The notes under the pieces are model-generated. The model made no database searches and was not told the DNA's origin. It worked only from the letters and a program-made list of their open reading frames with translations. Source: the human T2T-CHM13v2.0 reference genome, Homo sapiens. From it: 64,000 nucleotides of DNA. This document shows positions 16,969-30,500 of the stretch, in pieces (within the stretch, counting starts at the first letter, position 1; every line of letters starts with the position of its first letter). Location: the NCBI RefSeq assembly GCF_009914755.1, contig NC_060945.1, one strand, 5' to 3'. The position numbers and the translations under genes were made by a program.

Positions 16969-19900
16969 CATGGCTAGCATCACCCTCCTTCCTGGCAGTG
17001 ACACTGCTGATTTGAACCCCAGTTTCACAGCTGTCATTTGTAAATAGGACCATTTTCCCTTTTCTCTCTCCCTTCCATTCACAGGGCTTCTCATTCCCTC
17101 TGTTTCTGCCTCCGTTTCAGAGATTTACTCACCTTTTTCTCTCTCACTATGTCTGCCGTGGTCTCCATAAGAGTGTGCCACATAAAATTGCCCCATTAAA
17201 AGTCATGAATTGAGTGGATTTTAGTATACCTGTGGTTGTGCACATTCAATTTTAATTCGCAATCCATTTTAGAAGGTTTTATCACCCCCGACCAGAGAAA
17301 CACCCTGTGGACAATAGTCACTCCTCATTCTGTCTCAAACCCTCTCCCTGACCCTCAGCCCTAGGTAACAACTGCATAGAGCGATCAACCCCATATGCAT
17401 AGATTTCCATATTGTGGACAGTTCCTATAAACGGAATTGCACAATACGTGAGCTTTTGTGACTGACATAACACTTTTAGCACAATATTTTCAAGATTCAT
17501 CCACATTGCAGCCTTACCCACAGGGGGAAACCGCATTTTGTGGTTTCAGTAACACCGGGTGTTTTCTCCTTCCTTCCGTCTTTCCTTCCTTCCTTCCTTC
17601 CTTCCTTCCTTCCTTCCTTCCTTCCTCCCTTCCTCCCTTCCTTCCTCCCTTCCTCCCATTTCTCTCTTATTCCTTCTGCCCTCTCTCTTTCATATGCCTT
17701 AGGTGCATCCTACGTCCTGCGTCTTTTTGGGGAATCCTCGACAGGTGCTGGAAAATTGTGTTATTGTAATTATTTACCGGTATCTCTCTTTCATGGTTCT
17801 CCATCAGTTGTAAGCATCTATTGGTTTATCCCAGGTCACTAAGTATATTTTAATTAGCTACACCTGTTTTTCTTTATACACCTGTTTCTGGAGTATAGGG
17901 TCGCATACTCATAAACCCAGTGTAACTCAGAAACGCATCTAATATTCCAATAGACCCATCATAACGTTGAAAAATCATAAATCAAACCAACTTAAGTCAC
18001 GATTTGGCGCTGGATATGGGCTCCATCAATTCCATTGTATTCAATAATGCTGTACACCATTAACAATGGCAGACTGATTGGGCGTGGATGTGGATAACAT
18101 TATAAAAATCAGTTATTAGAGGGATACTTTAACCTGACGGAAGAGCTGATCTAATGGTATTAGTACAGTGATGATTATGTGAGATGTTTTGAGACAGAGT
18201 AGTACATTTGTGTATGAGATTCTGTGGCTTTTTTCACTTAGTAGGAACCTTTGTGTGTGGAAAACTGAGAAAATTGCTTTGTGCTGTAGAGTCTGGCATT
18301 CGTTGTAGATTAAAGCTTATTTTTCTGGATGTAAATCTTATTCAATAAAATACTACTCTTTATAATAAAAAACAAAGACACTGGTGATGTGAAGTCATTA
18401 TCCTCAGCAAACTAATCCAGGAACAGAAAACCAAACGCCACATTCTCACTTATAATGGGAGCTGAAAAATGGGATCACGTGGACACAGGAAGGGGAACAA
18501 CACACACTGGGGCCTTTCGGGAGGCAGAGCGTTAAGAAAAACAGCTACCGCATGCTGGGCTTAATACCTAGGTGATGGGTTGACAGGTGCAGCAAACCAC
18601 CGTGGCACACGTTTACCTTAGTAACAAATCTGCACAGCCTGCCCATATATTCCAGAACTTAGAAACGAAACGAAAGCAAAGAAAACGAGAAAGCGATAGC
18701 AAAACGCTAACGGCGAAACAGAGTTTCAAACTCAGAAAGTGAGAGACCAATGTTTGGTTCAAATCATGGTTCTCAACCCAGGTGCCATAAGGTCAGGATA
18801 AAGAATTTGATGACGTATTGTAAATAAGACATGCAGCGGAGGACCAGAAAAATCGTTCTCAACATACGTGTGGCTTCGAGTTCAACGGTGACGCTATCTA
18901 CAGTGACATAGCATTAGATTCCAAAGGGCCGAGTCCCGCAAGACTGGCCTCCCACACTAATAATAATGGGAAGCGCTACGTTGCTTTCCCTGTGCTTCTC
19001 AGCAACTGGCTATAAATCAGGTTTCCACCACTCCCAGTTTTAGTTGCATTCATTTGCTGGAAGAGCTCACAGCACGCAGGGAAACACTGACATTTCCCAT
19101 TTTTTGTATTTTAGCAGATATTGCAAAAACTTCAGAAAAAACTTTTGGGCCCGGCATGTGGGGAGGGGCTCACTGCCTTCCAGGAAGTGTTATCCAGAAG
19201 CTCTCTAAACCCAGTCCTTTTGGGTTTTTATGGAGACCTCATTCTATAGGCATGATGGGTTAAACCATAGGCTATTGGTGATCAACTCAACCTGGGGCTC
19301 TCAACCCTCCCTGGAAATTGGGGTTGAGGCTTTGCCATTCTCAGTCTGAGTAAAAGAATTTACGCAAACGGAATTTTAAAACAGATTAGCATATCTGGAA
19401 ACTTAACTAGATGACGGAATTATCTGGAGCCACACCTTGATATTCCTAACCCGAGCACCCTCATCCAAAGAATGCTCCACCCAACTGGCTCCCAAGTCTC
19501 TACGGGGTTCCAGAGCAAAAGAATGTTTATACAGCGCATATCTCCACCTTTTCTTCAAAGTCTTTTCGCTTACACGGAAAGACTTCTTCAACTGCCATGC
19601 ATCAGGGTCAGGGGGAGGTCTTGTTACAACACAGATCTGCGGATCTCCGGGGCTTGATTGTGGCAAGGATGCTGCTGGTGTCAAAACCACAACGTGGGAA
19701 CCACAGAACCACTAGTTGGTTTTCAGTGTTTCAGTGCATACAATTCCTAATATATCTGGCCAAGAAAACTTGTAAGTTCTTAGATTGTCCCAAAGGTGGC
19801 GCATGAAATCAAATCAGGAGAACAGTTTCCTACGAGGTGTAGCCTGGGAACCTTGGGGGTGACTGATGGAAAGGAGGAGTGAAGCTCCGCCCTTTCCGCT

Positions 19901-20270
19901 GCGAGGCTGCGCCCGAGGCTATTTAAACCCACCCTGGCTGGCCTGTACTCAGATCTTCGCAGAGCGGAGCAGCGGCCGGAGCGTTTGGCGGACTCTGCGT
20001 GGACTTGGAGCTCGCAGCGTCTTGCGACTTGGAAGCGGATTCAGAGGACAGGACAGAACACTTGGGCAAGTGAATCTCTGTCTGTCTGTCTGTCTCATTG
20101 GTTGGTTTATTTCCATTTTCTTAAGGAGCACATACCTCACACCACACACACACAAACACACACACACACACGCACGCACGCACGCACACACACACGCACA
20201 CACACACACTAATTCATTCTGCGGGTTAGGAAATTAGTAGGGGTCTCTGGGAGCTGCAGGTTTCCTAATC

Positions 20271-23200
20271 ATGTCTGCACCTAAGAACACTAGGGTCTTG
20301 TCTGGCTCTTCTTATGAACGGTCCCCCAGCCCGGACTCCCCAAGATCCATGCTAGCCTCACCCAGCTTCTCCCTCTCCCCTCTCAGAAACTCAGACTTAA
20401 GAGGAAGCTCCTCACCAGGGATCCGGAGCTACCATTCACCATCCCCTAGGGCTTCACCACACTCACCTCTGTCATCACCAGTATCCCACAATCTCCCATT
20501 TCCCTGTCCTATCCGTGATGGACAATCCATGAAGCCATTGGGCTCTCCCGTGTCCTCCTCTGAGGATTCTACAGAGTCACCACGTTCATCAGTAATATAC
20601 CACATGTTCCTACTGCCATCACCCAGCAGCTCACCCCCAGCTCTCTGGGAGTCTCCTGGGTCTCCCAGCTACTCTCCAAACAACCCCAGATTTCAGCTGG
20701 AGTCAGCCCCCCACACCCAGGAATCACCTGCAAACTCACGAGCCTCACGGTGCTCCTCCCCTATGTCTTTCATCTCTTCACCCGCAGGCCTCAGGGACTC
20801 TCCTGTGGCTCCCAGTTACTCTCAAGCCATCCCCATGTTCCTGCGGGAGTCAGCCCCATGCACTCAGGAGTCCCCCAGAGACTCACAGGTCTCGGGAGAA
20901 TATGAGCGCTCCCCCAGCCCTGACTCCTCAAGATTCATGCCTGCCTCACCCAGCATCTACCTCTCCCCTCCCAGGAACTCAGACCCAAGGGGCAGCTCCT
21001 CACAAGGGATGTGGAAGTACTCTACATCATCCCGCAGGGCTTCACCACTCTCACATCCGTCATCGGCAGAATTCCACAACTTTACATTTCCCTTTCCTAA
21101 CCAAGCAGGACAATCACTCATGTCATTGTGTTCTCCCGTGTCCTCCTCTGGAGATTCCTCACAGTCACCCCATTCATCAATAATATACCATATGTTCTTA
21201 CTGCCATCATCCAGCAGCTCACCCCCAGCCACCAATGACTCTCCTGTCTGTCCCAGCTACTCTCCAACTACGCCCAGATTTCAGCGGGCGTCGGTATCCA
21301 ACACCCCAGAAACACCTACAAACTCACAGACCTCAGTGAGATCCTCGCCAGTCTCTCTCACGTCTTCACCCCCAGGCCTTACGGACCCTCCAGTCTCTCC
21401 CAGCTACTATCCAACCACGCGCACATTTCAGCGCGGGTCAGATCCAGGAACCCAGGGAGCACCACCAAGCCCACCACTTTCACTGTGTTACTCCCCAGTC
21501 TCAAGCACGTCTTTATCTCCAACCCTCAGGGACTCTCCTGTCTGTCCCAGCTATTCTCCAACCACGCCCACGTTTCAGCAGGAGTCCGTTGCAGGCACCC
21601 AGCAATCACCAGCAAACTCACCAATTTCACTCAATTACTCTCCAGTCTCTCTCATGTCTTCACCAGCCCTCAGGGACTCTCCCATCTGTCCCAGCTACTC
21701 TCCATCCACGCCCAGATTTCAGCTGGAAGCAGTTCCTTGCACCCAGGAATCACCACCAAACTCACCAATTTCACTCAATTACTCCCCAGTCTCTCTCATG
21801 TCTTCACCATCCCTCAGGGACTCTCCCGTCTGTCTCAGCTACTCTCCAACCACGCCCACATTTCAGCTGGAGTACCTTCGAGGCACCCCGGAGTCACCAC
21901 CAAACTCACCAATTTCACTCAATTACTCTCCAGTCTCTCTCATGTCTTCACCAGCCCTCAGGGACTCTCCCGACTGTCCCAGCTACTCTCCAACAACGCC
22001 CAGATTTCAGCTGGAAGCAGTTCCTTGCTCCCCGGAATCAACACCAAACTCACCAATTTCACTCAATTACTCTCCAGTCTCTCTCATGTCTTCACCAGCC
22101 ATCAGGGACTCTCCCGTCTGTCCCAGCTACTCTCCAACCACGCCCACATTTCAGCTGGAGTCCGTTCGAGGCACCCCGGAGTCACCACCAAACTCACCAA
22201 TTTCACTCAATTACACTCCAGTCTCTCTCATGTCTTCACCAGCCGTCAGGGACTCTCCCGTCTGTCCCAGCTACTCTCCAAAGACGCCCACATTTCAGCT
22301 GGAGTCTGTTCCAGGCACCCTGGAGTCACCACCAAACTCACCAATTTCACTCAATTACACTCCAGTCTCTCTCATGTCTTCACCAGCCCTCAGGGACTCT
22401 ACTGTCTGTCCCAGCTACTCTCCAACCACGCCCAGATTTCAGCTGGAAGCAGTTCCTTGCACCCCAGAATCACCACCAAACTCACCAATTTCACTCAATT
22501 ACTCTCTAGTCTCTCTCATGTCTTCACCAGCCCTCAGGGACCCTCCTGTCTGTCCCAGCTACTCTCCAACCACCCCCAGATTTCAGCTGGAGTCAGTTCC
22601 AGGCACCCCGGAGTCACCACCAAACTCACCAGTTTCACTGAGTTACTCCCCGGTCTCTCTCATGTCTTCACCGCCAGCCCTCAGGGACTCTCCTGTGTGT
22701 CCCAGCTACTCTCCAACCACGCCCACATTTCAGCTGGAGTCAGTTCCAGGCACCCCGGAGTCACCACCAAACTCACCAATTTCACTCAATTACTCTCCAG
22801 TCTCTCTCATGTCTTCACCAGCCCTCAGGGACTCTCCTGTCTGTCCCAGCTACTCTCCAACCACGCCCAGATTTCAGCTGGAAGCAGTTCCTTGCACCCC
22901 AGAATCACCTCCAAACTCACCAATTTCACTCAATTACTCTCTAGTCTCTCTCATGTCTTCACCAGTCCTCAGGGACCCTCCTGTCTGTCCCAGCTACTCT
23001 CCAACCACACCCAGATTTCAGTTGGAGTCAGTTCCAGGCACCGCGGAGTCACCACGAAACTCACCAGTTTCACTGAGTTACTCCCCGTTCTCTCTCATGT
23101 CTTCACCGCCAGCCCTCAGGGACTCTCCTGTTTGTCCCCGCTACTCTCCAACCACGCCCACATTCCAGCTGGAGTCACTTGCAGGCACCCAGGAATTACC

Positions 23201-24260
23201 TACAAACTCAGCAGTTTCACTGAGTTACTCCCCAGTCTCTCTCATGTCTTCACCCCCAGCCCCCTGGGACTCTCCTGTCTGTCCCAGCTCCTCTCCCACC
23301 ACGCCCAGATTTCAGAGGGAGTCAGCCTCCCACACTCCGGAATCACCTACAGACTCACAGACTTCACGGAGGTCCTCCCTGGTCTCTCTCAGGTCTTTGC
23401 CCTCAGCCCACAGGGACTCTTGTGTCTCTTTCAGCTACTCTCGAAACTTCTCTAGATTCCAGCTGGACTCAGTTCCAGGCACCCACGACACACCACCAAA
23501 CTCACGAATTTCACTGACTTACTCCCCAGTCTCTCTCATGTTCTCACCCCCAGCCCTCAGGGACTCTTCTGTCTCTCTCAGCTACTCTCCAGCCATCTCC
23601 ACATCACACCTGGGGTCAGCTTCCCACACCCAGGAATCACCTACAAACTCACGGACCTTACTGCAACCCTCCCCCATTTCTTTCACCTCTTCACCCCCTG
23701 CTTTCAGGGACTCTCCTGTGTCTCCCAGCTTCTCTCCAGCCTTCCCCAGATTTCTGCCACAGTCAGCCCCAGGCACCCAGGGTTACCCTGGACACTCACA
23801 GGCCTCACGAGACTATTTCCCAATGACTTGTATCTATAGAGGGATGGCTCCCATACTTCCCTCAGTGACCTCAAACCCATCTCCACTTACACTCAGACAC
23901 TCCCAGGGCCTGACAGCTACTCCCCGTTATTGTCCTTCAGCTCGAAGCCCTGGCCCATCTACTAGCCAACATGATGCAGCTACCTGGCCATGTCTCCACA
24001 TTTCTGGGGAGGGCCCCACACCCAGCCGCAGAAGAGCCCCTCCTGCATTCCATCCTCACACACAGGCCTGTCCATCCACTTGCTACTGTCACCCTCTTGC
24101 CAGCAGAAGAGGCCCCTGTAATGGCCGATATCACCGCCCAGTCTATCCTCACCCCACAGCTGTGCAGCGGGACCCTCCTGCTGGCCCACGTGGCTGCCAC
24201 AGCCCATGCTGGCACGACGCTCCAGCATGTCGGCGTCCCTGCGGGCCACGCTACCGCTGA
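20271..24260 (+). CDS. Putative CTD-like heptad-repeat protein, type B, 1329 aa (unit 3)
   Basis: Intact ORF; one ESPP>ESPR change versus unit 2. Confidence 0.6.
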   Translation: MSAPKNTRVLSGSSYERSPSPDSPRSMLASPSFSLSPLRNSDLRGSSSPGIRSYHSPSPRASPHSPLSSPVSHNLPFPCPIRDGQSMKPLGSPVSSSEDSTESPRSSVIYHMFLLPSPSSSPPALWESPGSPSYSPNNPRFQLESAPHTQESPANSRASRCSSPMSFISSPAGLRDSPVAPSYSQAIPMFLRESAPCTQESPRDSQVSGEYERSPSPDSSRFMPASPSIYLSPPRNSDPRGSSSQGMWKYSTSSRRASPLSHPSSAEFHNFTFPFPNQAGQSLMSLCSPVSSSGDSSQSPHSSIIYHMFLLPSSSSSPPATNDSPVCPSYSPTTPRFQRASVSNTPETPTNSQTSVRSSPVSLTSSPPGLTDPPVSPSYYPTTRTFQRGSDPGTQGAPPSPPLSLCYSPVSSTSLSPTLRDSPVCPSYSPTTPTFQQESVAGTQQSPANSPISLNYSPVSLMSSPALRDSPICPSYSPSTPRFQLEAVPCTQESPPNSPISLNYSPVSLMSSPSLRDSPVCLSYSPTTPTFQLEYLRGTPESPPNSPISLNYSPVSLMSSPALRDSPDCPSYSPTTPRFQLEAVPCSPESTPNSPISLNYSPVSLMSSPAIRDSPVCPSYSPTTPTFQLESVRGTPESPPNSPISLNYTPVSLMSSPAVRDSPVCPSYSPKTPTFQLESVPGTLESPPNSPISLNYTPVSLMSSPALRDSTVCPSYSPTTPRFQLEAVPCTPESPPNSPISLNYSLVSLMSSPALRDPPVCPSYSPTTPRFQLESVPGTPESPPNSPVSLSYSPVSLMSSPPALRDSPVCPSYSPTTPTFQLESVPGTPESPPNSPISLNYSPVSLMSSPALRDSPVCPSYSPTTPRFQLEAVPCTPESPPNSPISLNYSLVSLMSSPVLRDPPVCPSYSPTTPRFQLESVPGTAESPRNSPVSLSYSPFSLMSSPPALRDSPVCPRYSPTTPTFQLESLAGTQELPTNSAVSLSYSPVSLMSSPPAPWDSPVCPSSSPTTPRFQRESASHTPESPTDSQTSRRSSLVSLRSLPSAHRDSCVSFSYSRNFSRFQLDSVPGTHDTPPNSRISLTYSPVSLMFSPPALRDSSVSLSYSPAISTSHLGSASHTQESPTNSRTLLQPSPISFTSSPPAFRDSPVSPSFSPAFPRFLPQSAPGTQGYPGHSQASRDYFPMTCIYRGMAPILPSVTSNPSPLTLRHSQGLTATPRYCPSARSPGPSTSQHDAATWPCLHISGEGPTPSRRRAPPAFHPHTQACPSTCYCHPLASRRGPCNGRYHRPVYPHPTAVQRDPPAGPRGCHSPCWHDAPACRRPCGPRYR

Positions 24261-27200
24261 CATGGCTAGCATCACCCTCCTTCCTGGCAGTGACACTGCT
24301 GATTTGAACCCCAGTTTCACAGCTGTCATTTGTAAATAGGACCATTTTCCCTTTTCTCTCTCCCTTCCATTCACAGGGCTTCTCATTCCCTCTGTTTCTG
24401 CCTCCGTTTCAGAGATTTACTCACCTTTTTCTCTCTCACTATGTCTGCCGTGGTCTCCATAAGAGTGTGCCACATAAAATTGCCCCATTAAAAGTCATGA
24501 ATTGAGTGGATTTTAGTATACCTGTGGTTGTGCACATTCAATTTTAATTCGCAATCCATTTTAGAAGGTTTTATCACCCCCGACCAGAGAAACACCCTGT
24601 GGACAATAGTCACTCCTCATTCTGTCTCAAACCCTCTCCCTGACCCTCAGCCCTAGGTAACAACTGCATAGAGCGATCAACCCCATATGCATAGATTTCC
24701 ATATTGTGGACAGTTCCTATAAACGGAATTGCACAATACGTGAGCTTTTGTGACTGACATAACACTTTTAGCACAATATTTTCAAGATTCATCCACATTG
24801 CAGCCTTACCCACAGGGGGAAACCGCATTTTGTGGTTTCAGTAACACCGGGTGTTTTCTCCTTCCTTCCGTCTTTCCTTCCTTCCTTCCTTCCTTCCTTC
24901 CTTCCTTCCTTCCTTCCTTCCTCCCTTCCTCCCTTCCTTCCTCCCTTCCTCCCATTTCTCTCTTATTCCTTCTGCCCTCTCTCTTTCATATGCCTTAGGT
25001 GCATCCTACGTCCTGCGTCTTTTTGGGGAATCCTCGACAGGTGCTGGAAAATTGTGTTATTGTAATTATTTACCGGTATCTCTCTTTCATGGTTCTCCAT
25101 CAGTTGTAAGCATCTATTGGTTTATCCCAGGTCACTAAGTATATTTTAATTAGCTACACCTGTTTTTCTTTATACACCTGTTTCTGGAGTATAGGGTCGC
25201 ATACTCATAAACCCAGTGTAACTCAGAAACGCATCTAATATTCCAATAGACCCATCATAACGTTGAAAAATCATAAATCAAACCAACTTAAGTCACGATT
25301 TGGCGCTGGATATGGGCTCCATCAATTCCATTGTATTCAATAATGCTGTACACCATTAACAATGGCAGACTGATTGGGCGTGGATGTGGATAACATTATA
25401 AAAATCAGTTATTAGAGGGATACTTTAACCTGACGGAAGAGCTGATCTAATGGTATTAGTACAGTGATGATTATGTGAGATGTTTTGAGACAGAGTAGTA
25501 CATTTGTGTATGAGATTCTGTGGCTTTTTTCACTTAGTAGGAACCTTTGTGTGTGGAAAACTGAGAAAATTGCTTTGTGCTGTAGAGTCTGGCATTCGTT
25601 GTAGATTAAAGCTTATTTTTCTGGATGTAAATCTTATTCAATAAAATACTACTCTTTATAATAAAAAACAAAGACACTGGTGATGTGAAGTCATTATCCT
25701 CAGCAAACTAATCCAGGAACAGAAAACCAAACGCCACATTCTCACTTATAATGGGAGCTGAAAAATGGGATCACGTGGACACAGGAAGGGGAACAACACA
25801 CACTGGGGCCTTTCGGGAGGCAGAGCGTTAAGAAAAACAGCTACCGCATGCTGGGCTTAATACCTAGGTGATGGGTTGACAGGTGCAGCAAACCACCGTG
25901 GCACACGTTTACCTTAGTAACAAATCTGCACAGCCTGCCCATATATTCCAGAACTTAGAAACGAAACGAAAGCAAAGAAAACGAGAAAGCGATAGCAAAA
26001 CGCTAACGGCGAAACAGAGTTTCAAACTCAGAAAGTGAGAGACCAATGTTTGGTTCAAATCATGGTTCTCAACCCAGGTGCCATAAGGTCAGGATAAAGA
26101 ATTTGATGACGTATTGTAAATAAGACATGCAGCGGAGGACCAGAAAAATCGTTCTCAACATACGTGTGGCTTCGAGTTCAACGGTGACGCTATCTACAGT
26201 GACATAGCATTAGATTCCAAAGGGCCGAGTCCCGCAAGACTGGCCTCCCACACTAATAATAATGGGAAGCGCTACGTTGCTTTCCCTGTGCTTCTCAGCA
26301 ACTGGCTATAAATCAGGTTTCCACCACTCCCAGTTTTAGTTGCATTCATTTGCTGGAAGAGCTCACAGCACGCAGGGAAACACTGACATTTCCCATTTTT
26401 TGTATTTTAGCAGATATTGCAAAAACTTCAGAAAAAACTTTTGGGCCCGGCATGTGGGGAGGGGCTCACTGCCTTCCAGGAAGTGTTATCCAGAAGCTCT
26501 CTAAACCCAGTCCTTTTGGGTTTTTATGGAGACCTCATTCTATAGGCATGATGGGTTAAACCATAGGCTATTGGTGATCAACTCAACCTGGGGCTCTCAA
26601 CCCTCCCTGGAAATTGGGGTTGAGGCTTTGCCATTCTCAGTCTGAGTAAAAGAATTTACGCAAACGGAATTTTAAAACAGATTAGCATATCTGGAAACTT
26701 AACTAGATGACGGAATTATCTGGAGCCACACCTTGATATTCCTAACCCGAGCACCCTCATCCAAAGAATGCTCCACCCAACTGGCTCCCAAGTCTCTACG
26801 GGGTTCCAGAGCAAAAGAATGTTTATACAGCGCATATCTCCACCTTTTCTTCAAAGTCTTTTCGCTTACACGGAAAGACTTCTTCAACTGCCATGCATCA
26901 GGGTCAGGGGGAGGTCTTGTTACAACACAGATCTGCGGATCTCCGGGGCTTGATTGTGGCAAGGATGCTGCTGGTGTCAAAACCACAACGTGGGAACCAC
27001 AGAACCACTAGTTGGTTTTCAGTGTTTCAGTGCATACAATTCCTAATATATCTGGCCAAGAAAACTTGTAAGTTCTTAGATTGTCCCAAAGGTGGCGCAT
27101 GAAATCAAATCAGGAGAACAGTTTCCTACGAGGTGTAGCCTGGGAACCTTGGGGGTGACTGATGGAAAGGAGGAGTGAAGCTCCGCCCTTTCCGCTGCGA

Positions 27201-27566
27201 GGCTGCGCCCGAGGCTATTTAAACCCACCCTGGCTGGCCTGTACTCAGATCTTCGCAGAGCGGAGCAGCGGCCGGAGCGTTTGGCGGACTCTGCGTGGAC
27301 TTGGAGCTCGCAGCGTCTTGCGACTTGGAAGCGGATTCAGAGGACAGGACAGAACACTTGGGCAAGTGAATCTCTGTCTGTCTGTCTGTCTCATTGGTTG
27401 GTTTATTTCCATTTTCTTAAGGAGCACATACCTCACACCACACACACACAAACACACACACACACACGCACGCACGCACGCACACACACACGCACACACA
27501 CACACTAATTCATTCTGCGGGTTAGGAAATTAGTAGGGGTCTCTGGGAGCTGCAGGTTTCCTAATC

Positions 27567-30500
27567 ATGTCTGCACCTAAGAACACTAGGGTCTTGTCTG
27601 GCTCTTCTTATGAACGGTCCCCCAGCCCGGACTCCCCAAGATCCATGCTAGCCTCACCCAGCTTCTCCCTCTCCCCTCTCAGAAACTCAGACTTAAGAGG
27701 AAGCTCCTCACCAGGGATCCGGAGCTACCATTCACCATCCCCTAGGGCTTCACCACACTCACCTCTGTCATCACCAGTATCCCACAATCTCCCATTTCCC
27801 TGTCCTATCCGTGATGGACAATCCATGAAGCCATTGGGCTCTCCCGTGTCCTCCTCTGAGGATTCTACAGAGTCACCACGTTCATCAGTAATATACCACA
27901 TGTTCCTACTGCCATCACCCAGCAGCTCACCCCCAGCTCTCTGGGAGTCTCCTGGGTCTCCCAGCTACTCTCCAAACAACCCCAGATTTCAGCTGGAGTC
28001 AGCCCCCCACACCCAGGAATCACCTGCAAACTCACGAGCCTCACGGTGCTCCTCCCCTATGTCTTTCATCTCTTCACCCCCAGGCCTCAGGGACTCTCCT
28101 GTGGCTCCCAGTTACTCTCAAGCCATCCCCATGTTCCTGCGGGAGTCAGCCCCATGCACTCAGGAGTCCCCCAGAGACTCACAGGTCTCGGGAGAATATG
28201 AGCGCTCCCCCAGCCCTGACTCCTCAAGATTCATGCCTGCCTCACCCAGCATCTACCTCTCCCCTCCCAGGAACTCAGACCCAAGGGGCAGCTCCTCACA
28301 AGGGATGTGGAAGTACTCTACATCATCCCGCAGGGCTTCACCACTCTCACATCCGTCATCGGCAGAATTCCACAACTTTACATTTCCCTTTCCTAACCAA
28401 GCAGGACAATCACTCATGTCATTGTGTTCTCCCGTGTCCTCCTCTGGAGATTCCTCACAGTCACCCCATTCATCAATAATATACCATATGTTCTTACTGC
28501 CATCATCCAGCAGCTCACCCCCAGCCACCAATGACTCTCCTGTCTGTCCCAGCTACTCTCCAACTACGCCCAGATTTCAGCGGGCGTCGGTATCCAACAC
28601 CCCAGAAACACCTACAAACTCACAGACCTCAGTGAGATCCTCGCCAGTCTCTCTCACGTCTTCACCCCCAGGCCTTACGGACCCTCCAGTCTCTCCCAGC
28701 TACTATCCAACCACGCGCACATTTCAGCGCGGGTCAGATCCAGGAACCCAGGGAGCACCACCAAGCCCACCACTTTCACTGTGTTACTCCCCAGTCTCAA
28801 GCACGTCTTTATCTCCAACCCTCAGGGACTCTCCTGTCTGTCCCAGCTATTCTCCAACCACGCCCACGTTTCAGCGGGAGTCCGTTGCAGGCAACCAGCA
28901 ATCACCAGCAAACTCACCAATTTCACTGCGTTACTCCCCAGTCTCTCTCATGTCTTCACCAGCCCTGAGGGACTCTCCCGTCTGTCCCAGCTACTCTGCA
29001 ACCACACCCACATTTCAGCTGGAGTCCGTTCGAGGCTCCCCGGAGTCACCACCAATCTCACCAATTACACTCAATTACTCTCCAGTCTCTCTCATGTCTT
29101 CACCAGCCCTCAGGGACTCTCCCGTCTGTCCCAGCTACTCTCCAACAACCCCCAGATTTCAGCTGCAAGCAGTTCCTTGCTCCCCGGAATCAACACCAAA
29201 CTCACCAATTTCACTCAATTACTCTCCAGTCTCTCTCATGTCTTCACCAGCCCTCAGAGACTCTCCCATCTGTCCCAGCTAGTCTCCAACCACGCCCAGA
29301 TTTCAGCTGGAAGCAGTTCCTTGCACCCAGGAATCACCGCCAAACTCACCAATTTCACTCAATTACTCCCCAGTCTCTCTCATGTCTTCACCATCCCTCA
29401 GGGACTCTCCCGTCTGTCTCAGCTACTCTCCAACCACGCCCACATTTCAGCTGGAGTACCTTCGAGGCACCCCGGAGTCACCACCAAACTCACCAATTTC
29501 ACTCAATTACTCTCCAGTCTCTCTCATGTCTTCACCAGCCCTCAGGGACTCTCCCGACTGTCCCAGCTACTCTCCAACAACGTCCAGATTTCAGCTGGAA
29601 GCAGTTCCTTGCTCCCCAGAATCAACACCAAACTCACCAATTTCACTCAATTACTCTCCAGTCTCTCTCATGTCTTCACCAGCCATCAGGGACTCTCCCT
29701 TCTGTCCCAGCTACTCTCCAACCACGCCCACATGTCAGCTGGAGTCCGTTCGAGACACCCCGGAGTCACCACCAAACTCACCAATTTCACTCAATTACAC
29801 TCCAGTGTCTCTCATGTCTTCACCAGCCATCAGGGACTCTCCCGTCTGTCCCAGCTACTCTCCAAAGACGCCCACATTTCAGCTGGAGTCTGTTCCAGGC
29901 ACACTGGAGTCACCACCAAACTCACCAATTTCACTCAATTACTCTCCAGTCTCTCTCATGTCTTCACCAGCCCTCAGGGACCCTCCTGTCTGTCCCAGCT
30001 ACTCTCCAACCACCCCCAGATTTCAGCTGGCGTCAGTTCCAGGCACCCCGGAGTCACCACCAAACTCACCAGTTTCACTGAGTTACTCCCCGGTCTCTCT
30101 CATGTCTTCACCGCCAGCCCTCAGGGACTCTCCTGTGTGTCCCAGCTACTCTCCAACCACGCCCACATTTCAGCTGGAGTCAGTTCCAGGCACCCCGGAG
30201 TCACCACCAAACTCACCAATTTCACTCAATTACTCTCCAGTCTCTCTCATGTCTTCACCAGCCCTCAGGGACTCTCCTGTCTGTCCCAGCTACTCTCCAA
30301 CCACGCCCAGATTTCAGCTGGAAGCAGTTCCTTGCACCCCAGAATCACCTCCAAACTCACCAATTTCACTCAATTACTCTCTAGTCTCTCTCATGTCTTC
30401 ACCAGTCCTCAGGGACCCTCCTGTCTGTCCCAGCTACTCTCCAGCCACACCCAGATTTCAGTTGGAGTCAGTTCCAGGCACCGCGGAGTCACCACCAAAC

